Counted from the stretch's first letter, positions 18,287-30,600 are shown. The stretch is DNA of 64,000 nucleotides from a virus (IMGVR_UViG_3300008116_003012:32001-96000); one strand, 5' to 3'. Numbers and translations are program-made. Notes: generated by a model not told the origin, from the sequence alone.

Positions 18287-20995
18287 TTATTTCTTTTTAA
18301 TCAGTGGACGAGGATACATTAAGCCAGAATCTGGTCTAATATAACGAACATTTTTCGGAATTAACACTCCGTTATCTGGTCTCTCTTTTCTATAGTAAGC
18401 AAATCTGTTGGCACTTCCTTGCAAGCTAGTGTTATCATCGTAACTTCCTCCAGTGTCAAGTAAGTTTGATCTTGCAAATTTAGTTACAAATGCTTTTGCT
18501 TCAGCTGGTGTCATATTAGGATAAGCTTCTAACGCTAGGGCAAGTATTCCTGTAACTTGAGCACAGGCCATACTAGTACCACTACGTTTTTGATATAAGT
18601 ATCCTTTATGGATTTCTCCAGTTACTGAAGTTGTTGTTACATCAGTACCAGTTTGTGCATAGCTGAACGTTGTTTGATCTACTACAGTAACCTGTACATT
18701 GCTAACATTAAATTGTGTAATTACATTAAATTCCGTAGTAACAATATCGCCAGTTGTTAAATTATGATCTGCAGATGTTACTATTGTAACAACACCGCTA
18801 GATCTAGCAGCAGATTGAGCAGTAGTTATCAATGCATCCCCAACAATGTCAGCAGCTATTCCAGTATTATCATATACTGCTGAAGTAATATTTCTTCCAG
18901 GAGCATAGATATCTACTCTAGGACCAGTATTACTAGTTTGCGCTTTAGTTTCAGTGCTGGCACTGTCTATTGAACCTACACAAATTGCATCAGGATGACT
19001 CGCTGCTGGACTACTACCTCTTTGGTAATAAAGAGGCAATCCATTATCAATAACATAATTGTCGTAATCTAACCCGCCTTGGTTATCAATTTTAAGACCT
19101 GCATTACCTGCACTACCTACAAATATAACTCCTGCATCTATGGTATCTGAAATGTCAGCATCTATAGCAGTGCTTCTAATAGGACTAGGTCCTAATTCGT
19201 TTATACTTAATCCTCTACTGAGAATTTCAAAATCTGTAAACTCTCCTCTGTAGTTAGCATTTGATACAATTTGTAATTCAAAAGTATTAGGAGTAGCTTC
19301 AAAGAATTTCATTTCCCAAACGGTTGTAGGAGTAGTTTCGTAGGTAGTGCTGTAAGCACCTTCGTATCCTTCCCAACGTACTATAAATGTTCTACTACCT
19401 GTAGTACCAAAAGTTCCAGTCCATAAATTTTCGCAACTTCTATCGCCTGTAGAAACAAATATTTTTCTAATAGCAGGATTAGTAGCACCAAACGAAAGTG
19501 CATTACTTGGGCCGCCGAATGTAATGTGACTGTTAGAACTTACATAAACTGATCCAGTATTATATGTCTGGGTGCAGTAACTAATACCGAACGGTATTGA
19601 AAGTTGCCAGTATGCTTCATCATTTTCACTAACACTAACTCCGGAATTAACAAATGTAGGGGCAACTTGTGTAAGGCCAGTTCTTCCATTAGGAGAATAA
19701 GTAGTAGTTGTTACAGTTCCAGTTTCAATACCCGTTGTCTGGATCGTACAAGCTGTACCAGGTGCAACACTAGACAATCCGGCAATTAATGCATTTGATG
19801 TAAAAATTCCACTAATGCCTGTATCTACAGGACTAGTTGTAGGAGTAATGTCAGCTCCTCTGTAATTAATTTTTGGAAAATCGTAACTGGATGTTCCTGT
19901 ATAGGGATTTCTCCTAGTGTATAAAGTTATACCTAAGCCCCAACTGTTATTAACAATTGTTGGATTTTTTCTTCCAGTCTCTGGATTGATCGATTTGTTA
20001 TTATGAAATTCTTTTATATAGTTAAAAATTAAATCATTAGGTATAGACGTTTCTGCATCTACTCCTATTGCATTATGTTTTAAGTTATATATGTTTGCAT
20101 CTCTAGCCCAACCTTGTGTGTTGCCCGCAGCAATAGCTGCTACGTGAGTTGCGTGATTATTTTCTTGAGTGAACTCAGTGTATTGGTAAACACCTCTCCA
20201 AAATCCTTCTCCGGTAGTTCTTGTTACGTTACCTGAAGTGACACTGATATAACTTATGGTGTTGACAGTAAGACCGTCTCCGCCGTTTCCTATTGATGTT
20301 ACTCCAACCGCAGTAACAGTTACACCTGTTGCTGTAAATGAGCTGTCTGTTGTGCATACAACATTGATAACAGCGCCAGGATTTATATTGTGTGCAGTTT
20401 GAGTTGTTATAGTTGCTGTAGTTCCTGATCTTGAAATGTGCGTTATCACACAGCCAGTTCCTCTTACAGCAGCATCATGCTGACCAAACCAATCATACTG
20501 TACAAATCTTTCTCCAAATTCTGCATGATCTGGCCAAACAGTATCGTCAACTATAATTATGTCAACATTTTTACCAGTTGCATCTAAGGTTATATCTCTA
20601 GTTATAGTGCTGTTAAGAATTACATCAGAACCCCATTGAGCTTCGTTTTCAGTTACAAGGCTGCGATACAATCCCCAGTTTTTATTTCCTACTGAAATAT
20701 TGTCGCCCCTACTCCAATCACCAGTTTGGGTTGCATGTGGTTCTATTTTAATTGATGGGTCTTTTAATCTTAGTTCAACTGATTGAACTCTTTCGTCTTT
20801 AATTAATTCTCTAGCTTCATGCCTTGTGAGCAAATAATGCGTATTTCTACTTACAGGTCGCCTGTCAACACAAGGAATTGCCGCAGAAGGAATGAACGAT
20901 TTTGTTGTTCCTTCTGTTTCCATGTCTAGATAAAAATTTTCTAATTCATTGTAATTTTTTAATGTTACAATAAATTCTTGACGAAAGTCTGACAT
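18287..20995 (-). CDS. Subtilisin-like serine protease (S8) with beta-rich insertions
   Basis: IIIVDD, HATHVAA, GTSMACAQV; paralog of the adjacent S8 gene. Confidence 0.9.
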   Translation of the reverse strand: MSDFRQEFIVTLKNYNELENFYLDMETEGTTKSFIPSAAIPCVDRRPVSRNTHYLLTRHEARELIKDERVQSVELRLKDPSIKIEPHATQTGDWSRGDNISVGNKNWGLYRSLVTENEAQWGSDVILNSTITRDITLDATGKNVDIIIVDDTVWPDHAEFGERFVQYDWFGQHDAAVRGTGCVITHISRSGTTATITTQTAHNINPGAVINVVCTTDSSFTATGVTVTAVGVTSIGNGGDGLTVNTISYISVTSGNVTRTTGEGFWRGVYQYTEFTQENNHATHVAAIAAGNTQGWARDANIYNLKHNAIGVDAETSIPNDLIFNYIKEFHNNKSINPETGRKNPTIVNNSWGLGITLYTRRNPYTGTSSYDFPKINYRGADITPTTSPVDTGISGIFTSNALIAGLSSVAPGTACTIQTTGIETGTVTTTTYSPNGRTGLTQVAPTFVNSGVSVSENDEAYWQLSIPFGISYCTQTYNTGSVYVSSNSHITFGGPSNALSFGATNPAIRKIFVSTGDRSCENLWTGTFGTTGSRTFIVRWEGYEGAYSTTYETTPTTVWEMKFFEATPNTFELQIVSNANYRGEFTDFEILSRGLSINELGPSPIRSTAIDADISDTIDAGVIFVGSAGNAGLKIDNQGGLDYDNYVIDNGLPLYYQRGSSPAASHPDAICVGSIDSASTETKAQTSNTGPRVDIYAPGRNITSAVYDNTGIAADIVGDALITTAQSAARSSGVVTIVTSADHNLTTGDIVTTEFNVITQFNVSNVQVTVVDQTTFSYAQTGTDVTTTSVTGEIHKGYLYQKRSGTSMACAQVTGILALALEAYPNMTPAEAKAFVTKFARSNLLDTGGSYDDNTSLQGSANRFAYYRKERPDNGVLIPKNVRYIRPDSGLMYPRPLIKKK

Positions 20996-20998
20996 AAA

Positions 20999-22078
20999 TT
21001 AAGCCTCTAGTTGAATTGCAGTGAGTGTAACAGTAATTGATGCAGTAGCACCGCTTTTGTTTGTTACTCTTACAGGTATATTAGTTGTTACAGGGCTTTC
21101 GTTATTAAATCCAATTGTTGCTGGACTAATTAAAACTGTTTCTGCTCCAGTAGTAATAACTTCAGCAATAACTCCACTTCCTGGTGTTGGATCAACACCT
21201 TCAAGTCTGCTAGCGTCAGCAATTCTTGCTGCTTCACTAACATAAATTCTTACCCATGCTGCTGCACTAGTTTCTAATTTAAGTAAAGTATAAGACTTAT
21301 ATCCTACTATATTAATAGGGCCAGTTGCAGCATCTGCTAAAGAACTAGTAGATCCTGATACCGTTTGTCTAGTAAAAATAGTAGAAGAAAGATCTTGTCC
21401 GTTAACCCAAGAACTAGTTCCGCTATCATATTTTAATACTTGCCCGTCAGTCGGTGTACCAGTAATAACAACATCACTTAGTTCGTCTAGTGCAGCAGCA
21501 CCACCGCCAGTACCAACAGCATCAGTTCCGTTAACCCAATTAGTACCATCAAACTTTATAACTTGACCAGTAGTTGGTGTGCCAGTAATGACAACATCGC
21601 TTAGTCCATCTAACGTAGTTGCACCACTAGTAGCAGTTGATGCAATAGTAATTGTATCAGCGTCAGTTCTAGTAATAGTTACGTTAGATCCTGCTGCTAG
21701 TTTAACACTGTCTGTAGAACTATCACTACCTGTTAGTGTTAAATTAGCACCTCCTGATACAGTTTCTGCACTAATAGCATATGTTGCACCAGTACCACCG
21801 CCGCCTGTTGCGTCAGCAGCAGGTGCCCAGGCAGTACCGTTCCACTTTAGTACCTGCCCAGTAGAAGGTGCAGTACCTGCAACATCTAATAAATCTTGTA
21901 ATCTTAGACTTTCGGGGCCTGCAACATACGCAGTAATAGAATTCCAAGCTGTAGTTCCATCACCAATTTTAAACTTTTTAGTATCTGTTTCGAACCCTAA
22001 TTCGCCTGCGCCCAATGTAGGATTAGCACTTGTCCAGTCTGCTGCTAGTCCTCTTCTTAATAAAATCTGCACGGCCAT
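20999..22078 (-). CDS. Fibre protein with an Mtd_N/hyaluronidase-type N-terminus
   Basis: QILLRRG.AADWTSANPTL..GELGFETDT.KFKIGDG.TAWN plus LSDV..GQVLK.DG..WVNG repeats. Confidence 0.8.
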   Translation of the reverse strand: MAVQILLRRGLAADWTSANPTLGAGELGFETDTKKFKIGDGTTAWNSITAYVAGPESLRLQDLLDVAGTAPSTGQVLKWNGTAWAPAADATGGGGTGATYAISAETVSGGANLTLTGSDSSTDSVKLAAGSNVTITRTDADTITIASTATSGATTLDGLSDVVITGTPTTGQVIKFDGTNWVNGTDAVGTGGGAAALDELSDVVITGTPTDGQVLKYDSGTSSWVNGQDLSSTIFTRQTVSGSTSSLADAATGPINIVGYKSYTLLKLETSAAAWVRIYVSEAARIADASRLEGVDPTPGSGVIAEVITTGAETVLISPATIGFNNESPVTTNIPVRVTNKSGATASITVTLTAIQLEA

Positions 22079-22110
22079 AAAAAACTCCTTTGATAATATA
22101 TTTATTTGTT

Positions 22111-23505
22111 TTAAGTAACTATTCCGCCGTCATAAACTTCAGTAGGACTGCTAGAAGGGTTACCACCTTCTAAACTTTCTAAGAACACTGTTCCAGGTGC
22201 ACCACCGTCTGTAATAGTAGCAGTAAATTCTGGGCCGCCACCTTCTACAATCACTGTAACAGCAGAACCAGGACCTTCTCCGTCTACAGTTACCGTCATA
22301 GTAGAACTAGGTGTACCCCCGTCTATACTTGCATCAATTAATGGATTACTTGGATTTAAAATTGTAACTGATACCGAAACAACAGGTACTATTCCATCTA
22401 AAGTCAATACAAATGTTTCAGTTTCAATAAATTCATCTAATGTTGCAGTAAATGTAAAACTTGCAAATCCGTTGTTTACAACAAATGTTCCGTTTAAATT
22501 TGCTTCGTTAATATCATCTGAGCTAACGCCTGTGATAGTGTACGGAATAGAAGTGCCATTTGCAACATTGATTGTTGTTAACGATATAGTAAATGTATTT
22601 CCTTCAACTACACTAGATGTTGACGCTTCTAAAGCATAAAGCGATGCATTAGCATCTATAGATCCTAAATCAAGTTTAATAGAAGTTCCGTCGTATATAG
22701 GACCAAAGTCTACGTTAGTAAACTGCATTACTAGGTCAAACGGATCTCTTACTCCAGATAATAGTCCAAAGTCGTAGTTAGTTATTGTAAATCCACTACT
22801 CCCAGTAGCATTAATAGTAACTTCGCCTGTTCCATTTTCTGGCGTTATTGTTACATTATTGCCTGCAATAATCTTAGTAACACCGTTGGTTGCTATAATA
22901 TTTCCAGGAGCCCAAGAATTGCCAGTCCATATTAGTGCTTGACCGTTACTAGGAATACTTGCAGTGACATCTGCTAAATCTGATAAAGTATGATTGCTTA
23001 TATCACTTACTTGACCAATCACATTTCCAGTTAGATTACCAATAACGTTTCCAGTTAAGTTACCAGTAATATTTCCTGAGATATCTCCGCTAAAGTTTCC
23101 TTCAAAAGTTCCTGTGATTATATTAGCAGTGATATCACCGTTAATAACAATATCTCCAACACCTTCAATATTGTAACCATTTAAAGTTAAATCGCCGCCA
23201 AGCCTAGGATTAGGATCTTCTATTAAACTGTTGATAGAATCTTGTACATTAAAAGTTACACTGTTAGAATCATAACTTAGAGACAGATTGTTGTTAGCAC
23301 TTGCTATACTTCTAAATCTTAGAGTATTAAGAACTTTATCAAGAAAAATAGGGCTGCCGTTGCCTAAATTTTCTGCATATAAAACAACATTGTTTTTTAT
23401 ATTTTGAAAATTTTGATTTGATTTTTCAAAAGCAGTTCGTAAGTCATCACCCGTGCCGTCATTAGGGTAACTGCCTAAATCAACTAGATTAATCTGCAGC
23501 GTCAT
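22111..23505 (-). CDS. Virion structural protein (gp9/gp10-like N-terminal motif)
   Basis: DLGSYPNDGTGDDLRTAFEKSN.NF; GN(L/V)TGN repeats; C-terminal DGGxP repeats. Confidence 0.75.
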   Translation of the reverse strand: MTLQINLVDLGSYPNDGTGDDLRTAFEKSNQNFQNIKNNVVLYAENLGNGSPIFLDKVLNTLRFRSIASANNNLSLSYDSNSVTFNVQDSINSLIEDPNPRLGGDLTLNGYNIEGVGDIVINGDITANIITGTFEGNFSGDISGNITGNLTGNVIGNLTGNVIGQVSDISNHTLSDLADVTASIPSNGQALIWTGNSWAPGNIIATNGVTKIIAGNNVTITPENGTGEVTINATGSSGFTITNYDFGLLSGVRDPFDLVMQFTNVDFGPIYDGTSIKLDLGSIDANASLYALEASTSSVVEGNTFTISLTTINVANGTSIPYTITGVSSDDINEANLNGTFVVNNGFASFTFTATLDEFIETETFVLTLDGIVPVVSVSVTILNPSNPLIDASIDGGTPSSTMTVTVDGEGPGSAVTVIVEGGGPEFTATITDGGAPGTVFLESLEGGNPSSSPTEVYDGGIVT

Positions 23506-23552
23506 ATGTTTCCTTAGTTGTACTATATTTATGCACCATTTTTAAATATCCT

Positions 23553-24671
23553 TTAAGCGAATGTAGCATTTAGAGTGTACCATTTGCCGCTTTGAACACC
23601 AGGAATAGAGTCTCTAGTGCAAACAAATTCTAGTGAAGTTTGACTGCTTAGTCTAAATCCAATATTTTCTCCTAGAGTGTTAATTTCATATCCGTCATTA
23701 GGATAAACACTTACATTTAAAAGACTATCATTTCTAACGATAATTCTATACCCCTTTGGAGCACCGTTAGGTAAAATTACTCCTGGAGCAGGATTTCCCG
23801 GAGCAGGAGCACTTACATTAGTAATTACACTAACACTCTTTGTTAGTTGATAGGCTCCTGCTTGAGTAGCTCCTGATGCTGTAATATTGTCTTCTACACT
23901 GTATGTTATTAATCCAGAGACTTCTAATTCTCCTAGAATTCCTACACTAGTTAAGCTAGAATTTAGTACATTAGCAGCTAATGTATTACCGGTTAGAGTG
24001 TTTGCGGCTGCGGTAAATGTTCCTGAGCCGCCTAGCGTTATAACTTGGCCGTTAACTGTAATACTACTGTTAGCCAGCATTGTGTTAGTCACTGTGCCAG
24101 TGTCAGTTGTATAAACACCGTTTGTAACAGTTGCAGCATTTCCTGTTAAGTTACCGTTAAAAATATTTGCAAATATTTTATTAAATCTAGTTCCGCCTGT
24201 GCCTAAGTTACTTTCAATGTCAGTCTTAACAATAGTATTAGGTTGAGCAGTTATACTAGTTTTTTGTAGGCCAACAGAGACATTGTTATCTATGTTGTTG
24301 CCTGTTGTTTGAATAGTGAATTTAATGTCATTAGTTGGACTAACTCCGCTGGCTCCAAGCTGAGTTCCGTAAACTATTAACTGATCTCCTTCAGTGTATC
24401 CATTGCCGCCATTAACTACTACGACTCCCGTGTACCTAGGAACGTTAGGACCGCCGCTGAACAACGGAACATCTGTGTAAGACACATTAACTACAGCACC
24501 GTAACCATTTCCTGTTACTGTAGTAACAGCAGCTTGAACCGTTCCAACACCAGCAACTGGAACACCGCTGTCTATTGTAAATGTAGTTGATAATTTTAAA
24601 GCATTTTGTCTTCTTGAAAGAACAGTTGCGCCATCTTCAAAATCTTCAAATAATTGATTGACACCTGCTAG
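23553..24671 (-). CDS. C-terminal segment of the giant virion protein (second frame)
   Basis: The frame of ORF 23553..24485 stays open upstream to about 24671 (AGVNQLFEDFEDGATVLSRRQNALKL...) with no convincing RBS/start. It continues the upstream giant ORF after a +1 shift. Confidence 0.65.
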   Translation of the reverse strand, partial: LAGVNQLFEDFEDGATVLSRRQNALKLSTTFTIDSGVPVAGVGTVQAAVTTVTGNGYGAVVNVSYTDVPLFSGGPNVPRYTGVVVVNGGNGYTEGDQLIVYGTQLGASGVSPTNDIKFTIQTTGNNIDNNVSVGLQKTSITAQPNTIVKTDIESNLGTGGTRFNKIFANIFNGNLTGNAATVTNGVYTTDTGTVTNTMLANSSITVNGQVITLGGSGTFTAAANTLTGNTLAANVLNSSLTSVGILGELEVSGLITYSVEDNITASGATQAGAYQLTKSVSVITNVSAPAPGNPAPGVILPNGAPKGYRIIVRNDSLLNVSVYPNDGYEINTLGENIGFRLSSQTSLEFVCTRDSIPGVQSGKWYTLNATFA

Positions 24672-27600
24672 CTATTTGTGCCGGTGCCGCTGCACCTGTT
24701 CCTAAATTACCTACAAAACTGTTAGCATTGATGTTTTGAATTTCTGCTAGAGATACACCTGCATTTTTAATGCCTACCCAACCGTCAGTAACTTCAAAGT
24801 TTGCACTGTCAAAACTTGCTAGGCCACTTAATGCTTGTTTTTGTGCTGCTGTACCTGTAGGAGCAGCGCCAGCAGTTGCAGACAGTTGCATTGAAAGTTT
24901 GGATTGAACTATTCCTGCTGTTGCACTAATGTCATCATTGACAATGCTGTTATTGGCTATTTGGAAATCAATATAAGAATTGTTTAGACTTTCAACAGTT
25001 GCACCAGTAGAATGTACAGCGCCAGCAGTTTCAAATTTAGCTCTTGTAACATTATCAAATCTATTAGCAACAGTAGTAATAGCTCCATAAGAAAATATTT
25101 CATTTCCTATTCTTAAGAATCCATTGTTAGGGAATCCTGTAACATCGTCTACTACAATACCTCCGCTTACACTAGATTGAGTAGTTCCTATTATTCCAGA
25201 ATCTATAACAGGCAATACTGTAATACCTCCTACAAGTAAAGCTGTTACAGTAGTGTCAACAGTTGCACTAAGCACACCTCCGACTGTGCTACTAATAATT
25301 GCAGGACCAGCTCCAGTAAACACTGGTAACTGACCTTTGTTAGTAGATATTACAGCAACATCTTTTAATTCTGCAAAAGTATCAGACTGTTCAACTAAAT
25401 TGTCAACATATCCTTTTGTTGCAGCATCGGTGTCTGATGAAGGTAATGCTAGGTTAATAATTCTATGAGGAGTAGGAGGATCACCGCCTCCCATATTTAG
25501 ATCCCCGCCCATTGGTAAAGTACCTTGTAGATCTAAGAATCCGCTACCAGCAGGTATTCTTTGACTGTCAGTAACAACACCTCCGTTGTGTGTAATACCT
25601 AAACGTCGATCAATATAACCCCTAACTGCACTTTCTGTTGGAACAGTATCTTCAGCATTGTCAGTCATAGTGACATCTGTAGAGAATTCTTTTACAGTAG
25701 TACCTCTCTTAAATCCAATACCGTCTAAGTTACTTAGAGCAATACTTGCAGCAAAAGTAACAGTGCCTGTTCCTTGGTCTACGCTAAAGAATCGTCCTAC
25801 ACGGAATATACCGTCTTGGTCTGTACTTACATAGAATACGCGACCTTGTGTTTCTTCTCTAACTTCTTGTGTAGGTTCCGGAGGTGAAGCAGGAGAACCA
25901 AACACGTTGTTAGGATAGTTACTACTGTTGTAACCGCCAGTACCAATATCTAAAAAGTCATGTCCTGTTGCACGGCAAGTACTAATATTAACAGTAATTT
26001 CTGCAGGAGATTCTGCTTTTACACCTGCTCTTAAAACAGTTGATTGTACTGTTGGCAAACTTTGATAGAGGCCGGTGCCAGTAACAACACTTCCGGATCC
26101 GTATGCTATATCTTCTAAATCAACATATGCAGACTCTGCTCCGCTTTCGTCAGTGTAACCTGTAATTCTAAATGTTTTTCCAGCATGTGCTAAAATAAGA
26201 TTTCCTGAATTTAATCTTCCTTTGGTAAAATCGCTCTGTATAGTTTTTATAGCAATTCTAGTATCGCCTACTTTTGAGCCCATAGTTTTTAAACCACCGT
26301 CTACATAGTCAACGTCGTTTAATTTTAATTCATTAGATTGTAATATGGCATAATTATAACTTGTATCAAAAGTTAATATTGCTGTGTCACCGTAAGAAAC
26401 AGTACCTGTTCCTGGAGTTGCAGCAAGAACATTATCACCGGGATTGTTGTATGTAAAACTGTTAGGAGTCGGAACAGAAATAATAGTTATAGAAACATCA
26501 TTAAACGTATCATCTGTTGTACATCTAACTTCGTCAATAGAATCTCCAGGATTTAATCCATGGGGTTCTGAAACTGTTACTGTTGCAGTATTACTAGCAC
26601 GTGAAACAGTTGAAATTGCCTTTTGGATTAATAAATTTCCTTCAATTGGGCTATTTCTAGTATAAGCAAGTGTTCTATATACTGTTCCTTCTTCAGCAGG
26701 GTCAGTAAATTCTAATGCTGTCGAAGGTCGTGTAGGTCTAATTACATTTATTCCGGTAAATTTAAAATTCTGTAAACTTCTTATAATTACCAATTGTCCG
26801 TCAGTTAATGGAGCACTTATTCCGCCTGTTACCGCATCAGCATTTAAATTTAATTTAAGCACAGGTCTAGTACCTAATACACCACCTGTGTCAACACCTT
26901 CTCCTACAGAAGTAGTAAGTTCAACATTACTTACTTCATATCTAACAATGTCGCCTAAGTATGTTATGTCAAACGTTGCACCAGTTCCGGTTCCGCCATC
27001 GGAAAGAGTAGTTACTGTTCCTTTGACAGTCGGGTATCCACCAACGGGATTTATGCTGTAATCTCCAACTTCAATAATTTCAAATCTAGTAATTATACCG
27101 TCGCTAGGTCCTGTAGGTGCTAGTTTTACAGGATCATTATCAATTTCTATTACCCTGATTCTAGTAGTTTTTCCATTAGGATATAATGTGCCGCCTACTA
27201 CATCTATAAATTCTTCCTTAGAATATCCTAAACCTCCGCTAACAATAGTTACATTGTTTGGATTAGTTGGAGTATTAACAACTGCACCTGATCTAGTATT
27301 TGAAGTATCTATTTCAATTTCAGATACATTCTGAGGTGCAAAACTATAATTGTCAACATATATACTAATTTCTCCTGCTACGTTTTTAGCAGCAAAACTT
27401 CCTCTTCTATATATCTTAGCAACTTGTTGAGTGTCATTGGCTAATGCTACTGGATCAGGAACCTCATTAGGATCACGTCCTGCTGCCCTCATTCCGTACT
27501 TACCGTATGAGCTATTACCTGCAACACTTCGAATTTGAGAACCGTTTAATGCATAGTAACTAGTCCAGTTATAGTAGGTAAACACAGATACAAGTTCTGC

Positions 27601-30600
27601 AATACCGTTGTTGGTACAAATTACTCCGTAGCCTAAATCGTTAACCTGTGTATAGTCGTTAGCCAACATACTTCTGTTTCCAGGAGTTTCGATAATTATA
27701 TCAATTCCTTTTATATCAAAAGTAATAGAACCTGTTGTTGTATGAGCTTTGTCTAGTGTAATAAAATCTTCTGTAACAGAAACAATTTTTGCTCCGGCTG
27801 CAAGAACACCTGTTCCGCTAACTTTAGTTAATCGCATTCCTTTAACTAGCCCAAGCGTACTGTCCATAGGAATGGTAAATTGACCAACAGTAATGTTTGC
27901 ATTAGATGTTAAATTAGTTGCATCTGGAGTTATTTCAGAACCTAAATAATCTATAAATGGAGTTGAATCATCTAAGATTACTTCAGCAGTAGCAGTGCCA
28001 GGATCGTAAGTAGATACGTTAATCTGATATCTTTCTCCATTTATGTAAAATGCATTAGGAACTTGAATCTCTCTAACATTAAGTCCGCCTATAGTTAGAT
28101 TGTATTGATCAGTAGTTGACAATACTTTGGCAGGAAGATTTCCACTGAATCCGTCAATAAACATTCCTCCCCTAAAGCTTTGTTCGTTAACGCTTCCGCT
28201 CAAGCTGGTTGCAGTTTGGCAGTATGGAGATTTAGTTTGAATTTGACCTTCTGGATCAAGAACCATCATAAAGCCGCCGTGACCTTGGCAAGTAATGTTA
28301 CGCAGGATAGTTCCGTCGTTCATTAAGAACACATCCATGTCTTTATTTTCTTTAGGAGGATTGTTAACTCCTATAATAATGTTCTGTATACCTGCAATTA
28401 AATCTGCTACAATAGCTGCAACTGTAGGGCTAGCAGAAAGCAATGGTTGTACCAAAGTATTGATGCGTCCGATGCCTGCAAGAGTTTCTGTTAGTTGAGC
28501 TGTTATTGCAATTCTAGAACTGGCGTTTCTCTTGTAGGAATAACCTGCTCCTAAAGATCGTTCAATACCTCCATCGGTTATATCGTCAGCTAATGCTTCT
28601 ACAATATAGCCTACATCTCTTGCACACAACACACTGTCATAATCTAAATCTGGATAAGTTGCGTTTATATAAGACACAACTTGATTGGAAATATTTGTTT
28701 TAGCAGCCAATAAGATTCCTGCCTCAACAGTATGGCCGCCAGTTTTTGCAATAGTATCATCGAAAATACCGCTGAGTCCAGTTGGGTCAGATAGATAGTG
28801 ATATCCAAATTTGTTGTCTTTTGGAGCTAGACCTGAACTGTTTAAACCTCTTATAGTTGCCCCAACTAATTTAGTTTGCGGAACTTTATCAATTTCAAAA
28901 CTAGTATCATCTCTAAATCTAGTCACTCTGGTTAAATTCTGGAATCGGCCTGTGCCTGACATTACTCTTAAGTACATGCCAACGGTTAACTTGTTTACTG
29001 TTCCAGTAGACAATGTTATTACATTTCCTTTAATTGTGCCAGGGGACGTTTGAGCATCAATCGCTTCACAACTAAAGCTGACAGAACTTGTTGTTCCAGT
29101 TATTACAGTGTATGTACCGTTGTATGCAGATGGCACTGCACCGCTAACGGTTATAGTAGTACCGTCCGGGAATGGAATACTAGCTTGCGGAGCAAATGAC
29201 AAAGTTGCAATGCTACCAGTACCAGTTGCACCTGTACTAACTAATTCGTTTGAAGATGCTGCTGCTGTTTGAGATAAGAATGTTCTTGACAAGCCGTCAA
29301 ACTCGTCATCTCTATAGAAGTAGATATTAGCCCATGGACTTAAACTTTGTCCTGCAGCCGGTCTAATAATTACACGTCTAAATTCATCGCCCTTGATAGA
29401 TACGTTAGTAGCTATTCTAATTGGCAATTGTTCGTAATACACTCCACTTTCTATTCTAATTGTCACTTGTTGTTCAGGAACAGGCTGACCGTACTCTAAT
29501 TCTTCGCCTGGAATAAATTCTAAAGGAGTTCCAGGTTGCGCTGTTCCGTTAGCTACAATGTCGCTTATCGATGCAAAAAATTTAGTTATTAAAGGTAATG
29601 TTCCTTCTTCTGCTTCGTTTCCAGCTGTAGATTGGCTAATAGTTCCCCTCTTTCCAAATGCTCCGGCAGTTGTAGTTGAACTGATTGTATTATTCACTAA
29701 TATTTGTTGCATTAACAATTTTATGTAATTAATACCATCTAATGTTTGAGAAAGTTGCTCTGTAGGTAATGCAGAAGCTGCGCCTCTTCTATAAGCTTTT
29801 GCAGCTTTGATAACATTTGAATTTCCGCCGTAAAGCACATCTTTTTTAACTGCTTCTACAATATAGCCTACATCTCTTGCACACTTAACTTGATCGTAAT
29901 CAACTGTAGTAAGTTTAGAATCTATGTACAAAACAACTTCGTTTTTTATAAATTCTAAATTACTTTCTAATTTTGAAGCAGCATCTATGTAGCCAGTTTG
30001 AAAATAAACTATATCTTTAGTATCATGTAGTAATTCTACAATATATTGATCGTTAACACCACTGACTCCTACATAGTTTATTACTTTACCTGTAGCTCCG
30101 CTTCCTAATCCTTTAATGATACTGCCTTCTCTTAAATCTCGGTTTTCAACATTTATACTTTGATCAACACCTTGACCGTCAGTAAACACGTTCAATGTTC
30201 TAATTGATCCAATACCTGAAGTTAAAGAATTAATATAAGCTTTATATGCGTTGCTTCCGTATGTTAGGGGTTGTCTATAAGGACCTGGTTCAGTCTCACT
30301 TATTCTTATCATTTCTTCTGCTTTTTCGCAAGCCTTGCTTAGGCTAGCATAAGCAGAAGAAAATGCTCTTCCTTGTCTTTCTTCTGGAATGTTTAGTTGT
30401 TCATCACTTCCTGTTGTAGAAACAAAAAGATTGTTAGGACTTACATAGCTTGAACTATCAACATAAAGTTTAGTTGCTGCTTGAAGGTCATCTAAGCCAA
30501 AAGGTGTTCCTACTCCTGAAAAACTTCCTGGGTGATCAAATAAAATTAAATCACCTTCCATGTTATCACCTTGTCGACGAACAGTGCTCTTACGAGGCAA

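Noticed and set aside
20999-22078. Diversity-generating retroelement suggested by the Mtd_N-like N-terminus
   Set aside because: No reverse transcriptase and no TR/VR pair differing at adenines was seen in the window. Mtd_N alone is a common fibre anchor.
21021-29053. Plus-strand ORFs within the structural block (e.g. 21579..22118, 23887..24114, 28811..29053)
   Set aside because: They are antisense to long, motif-bearing genes; codon bias keeps the opposite frame open.
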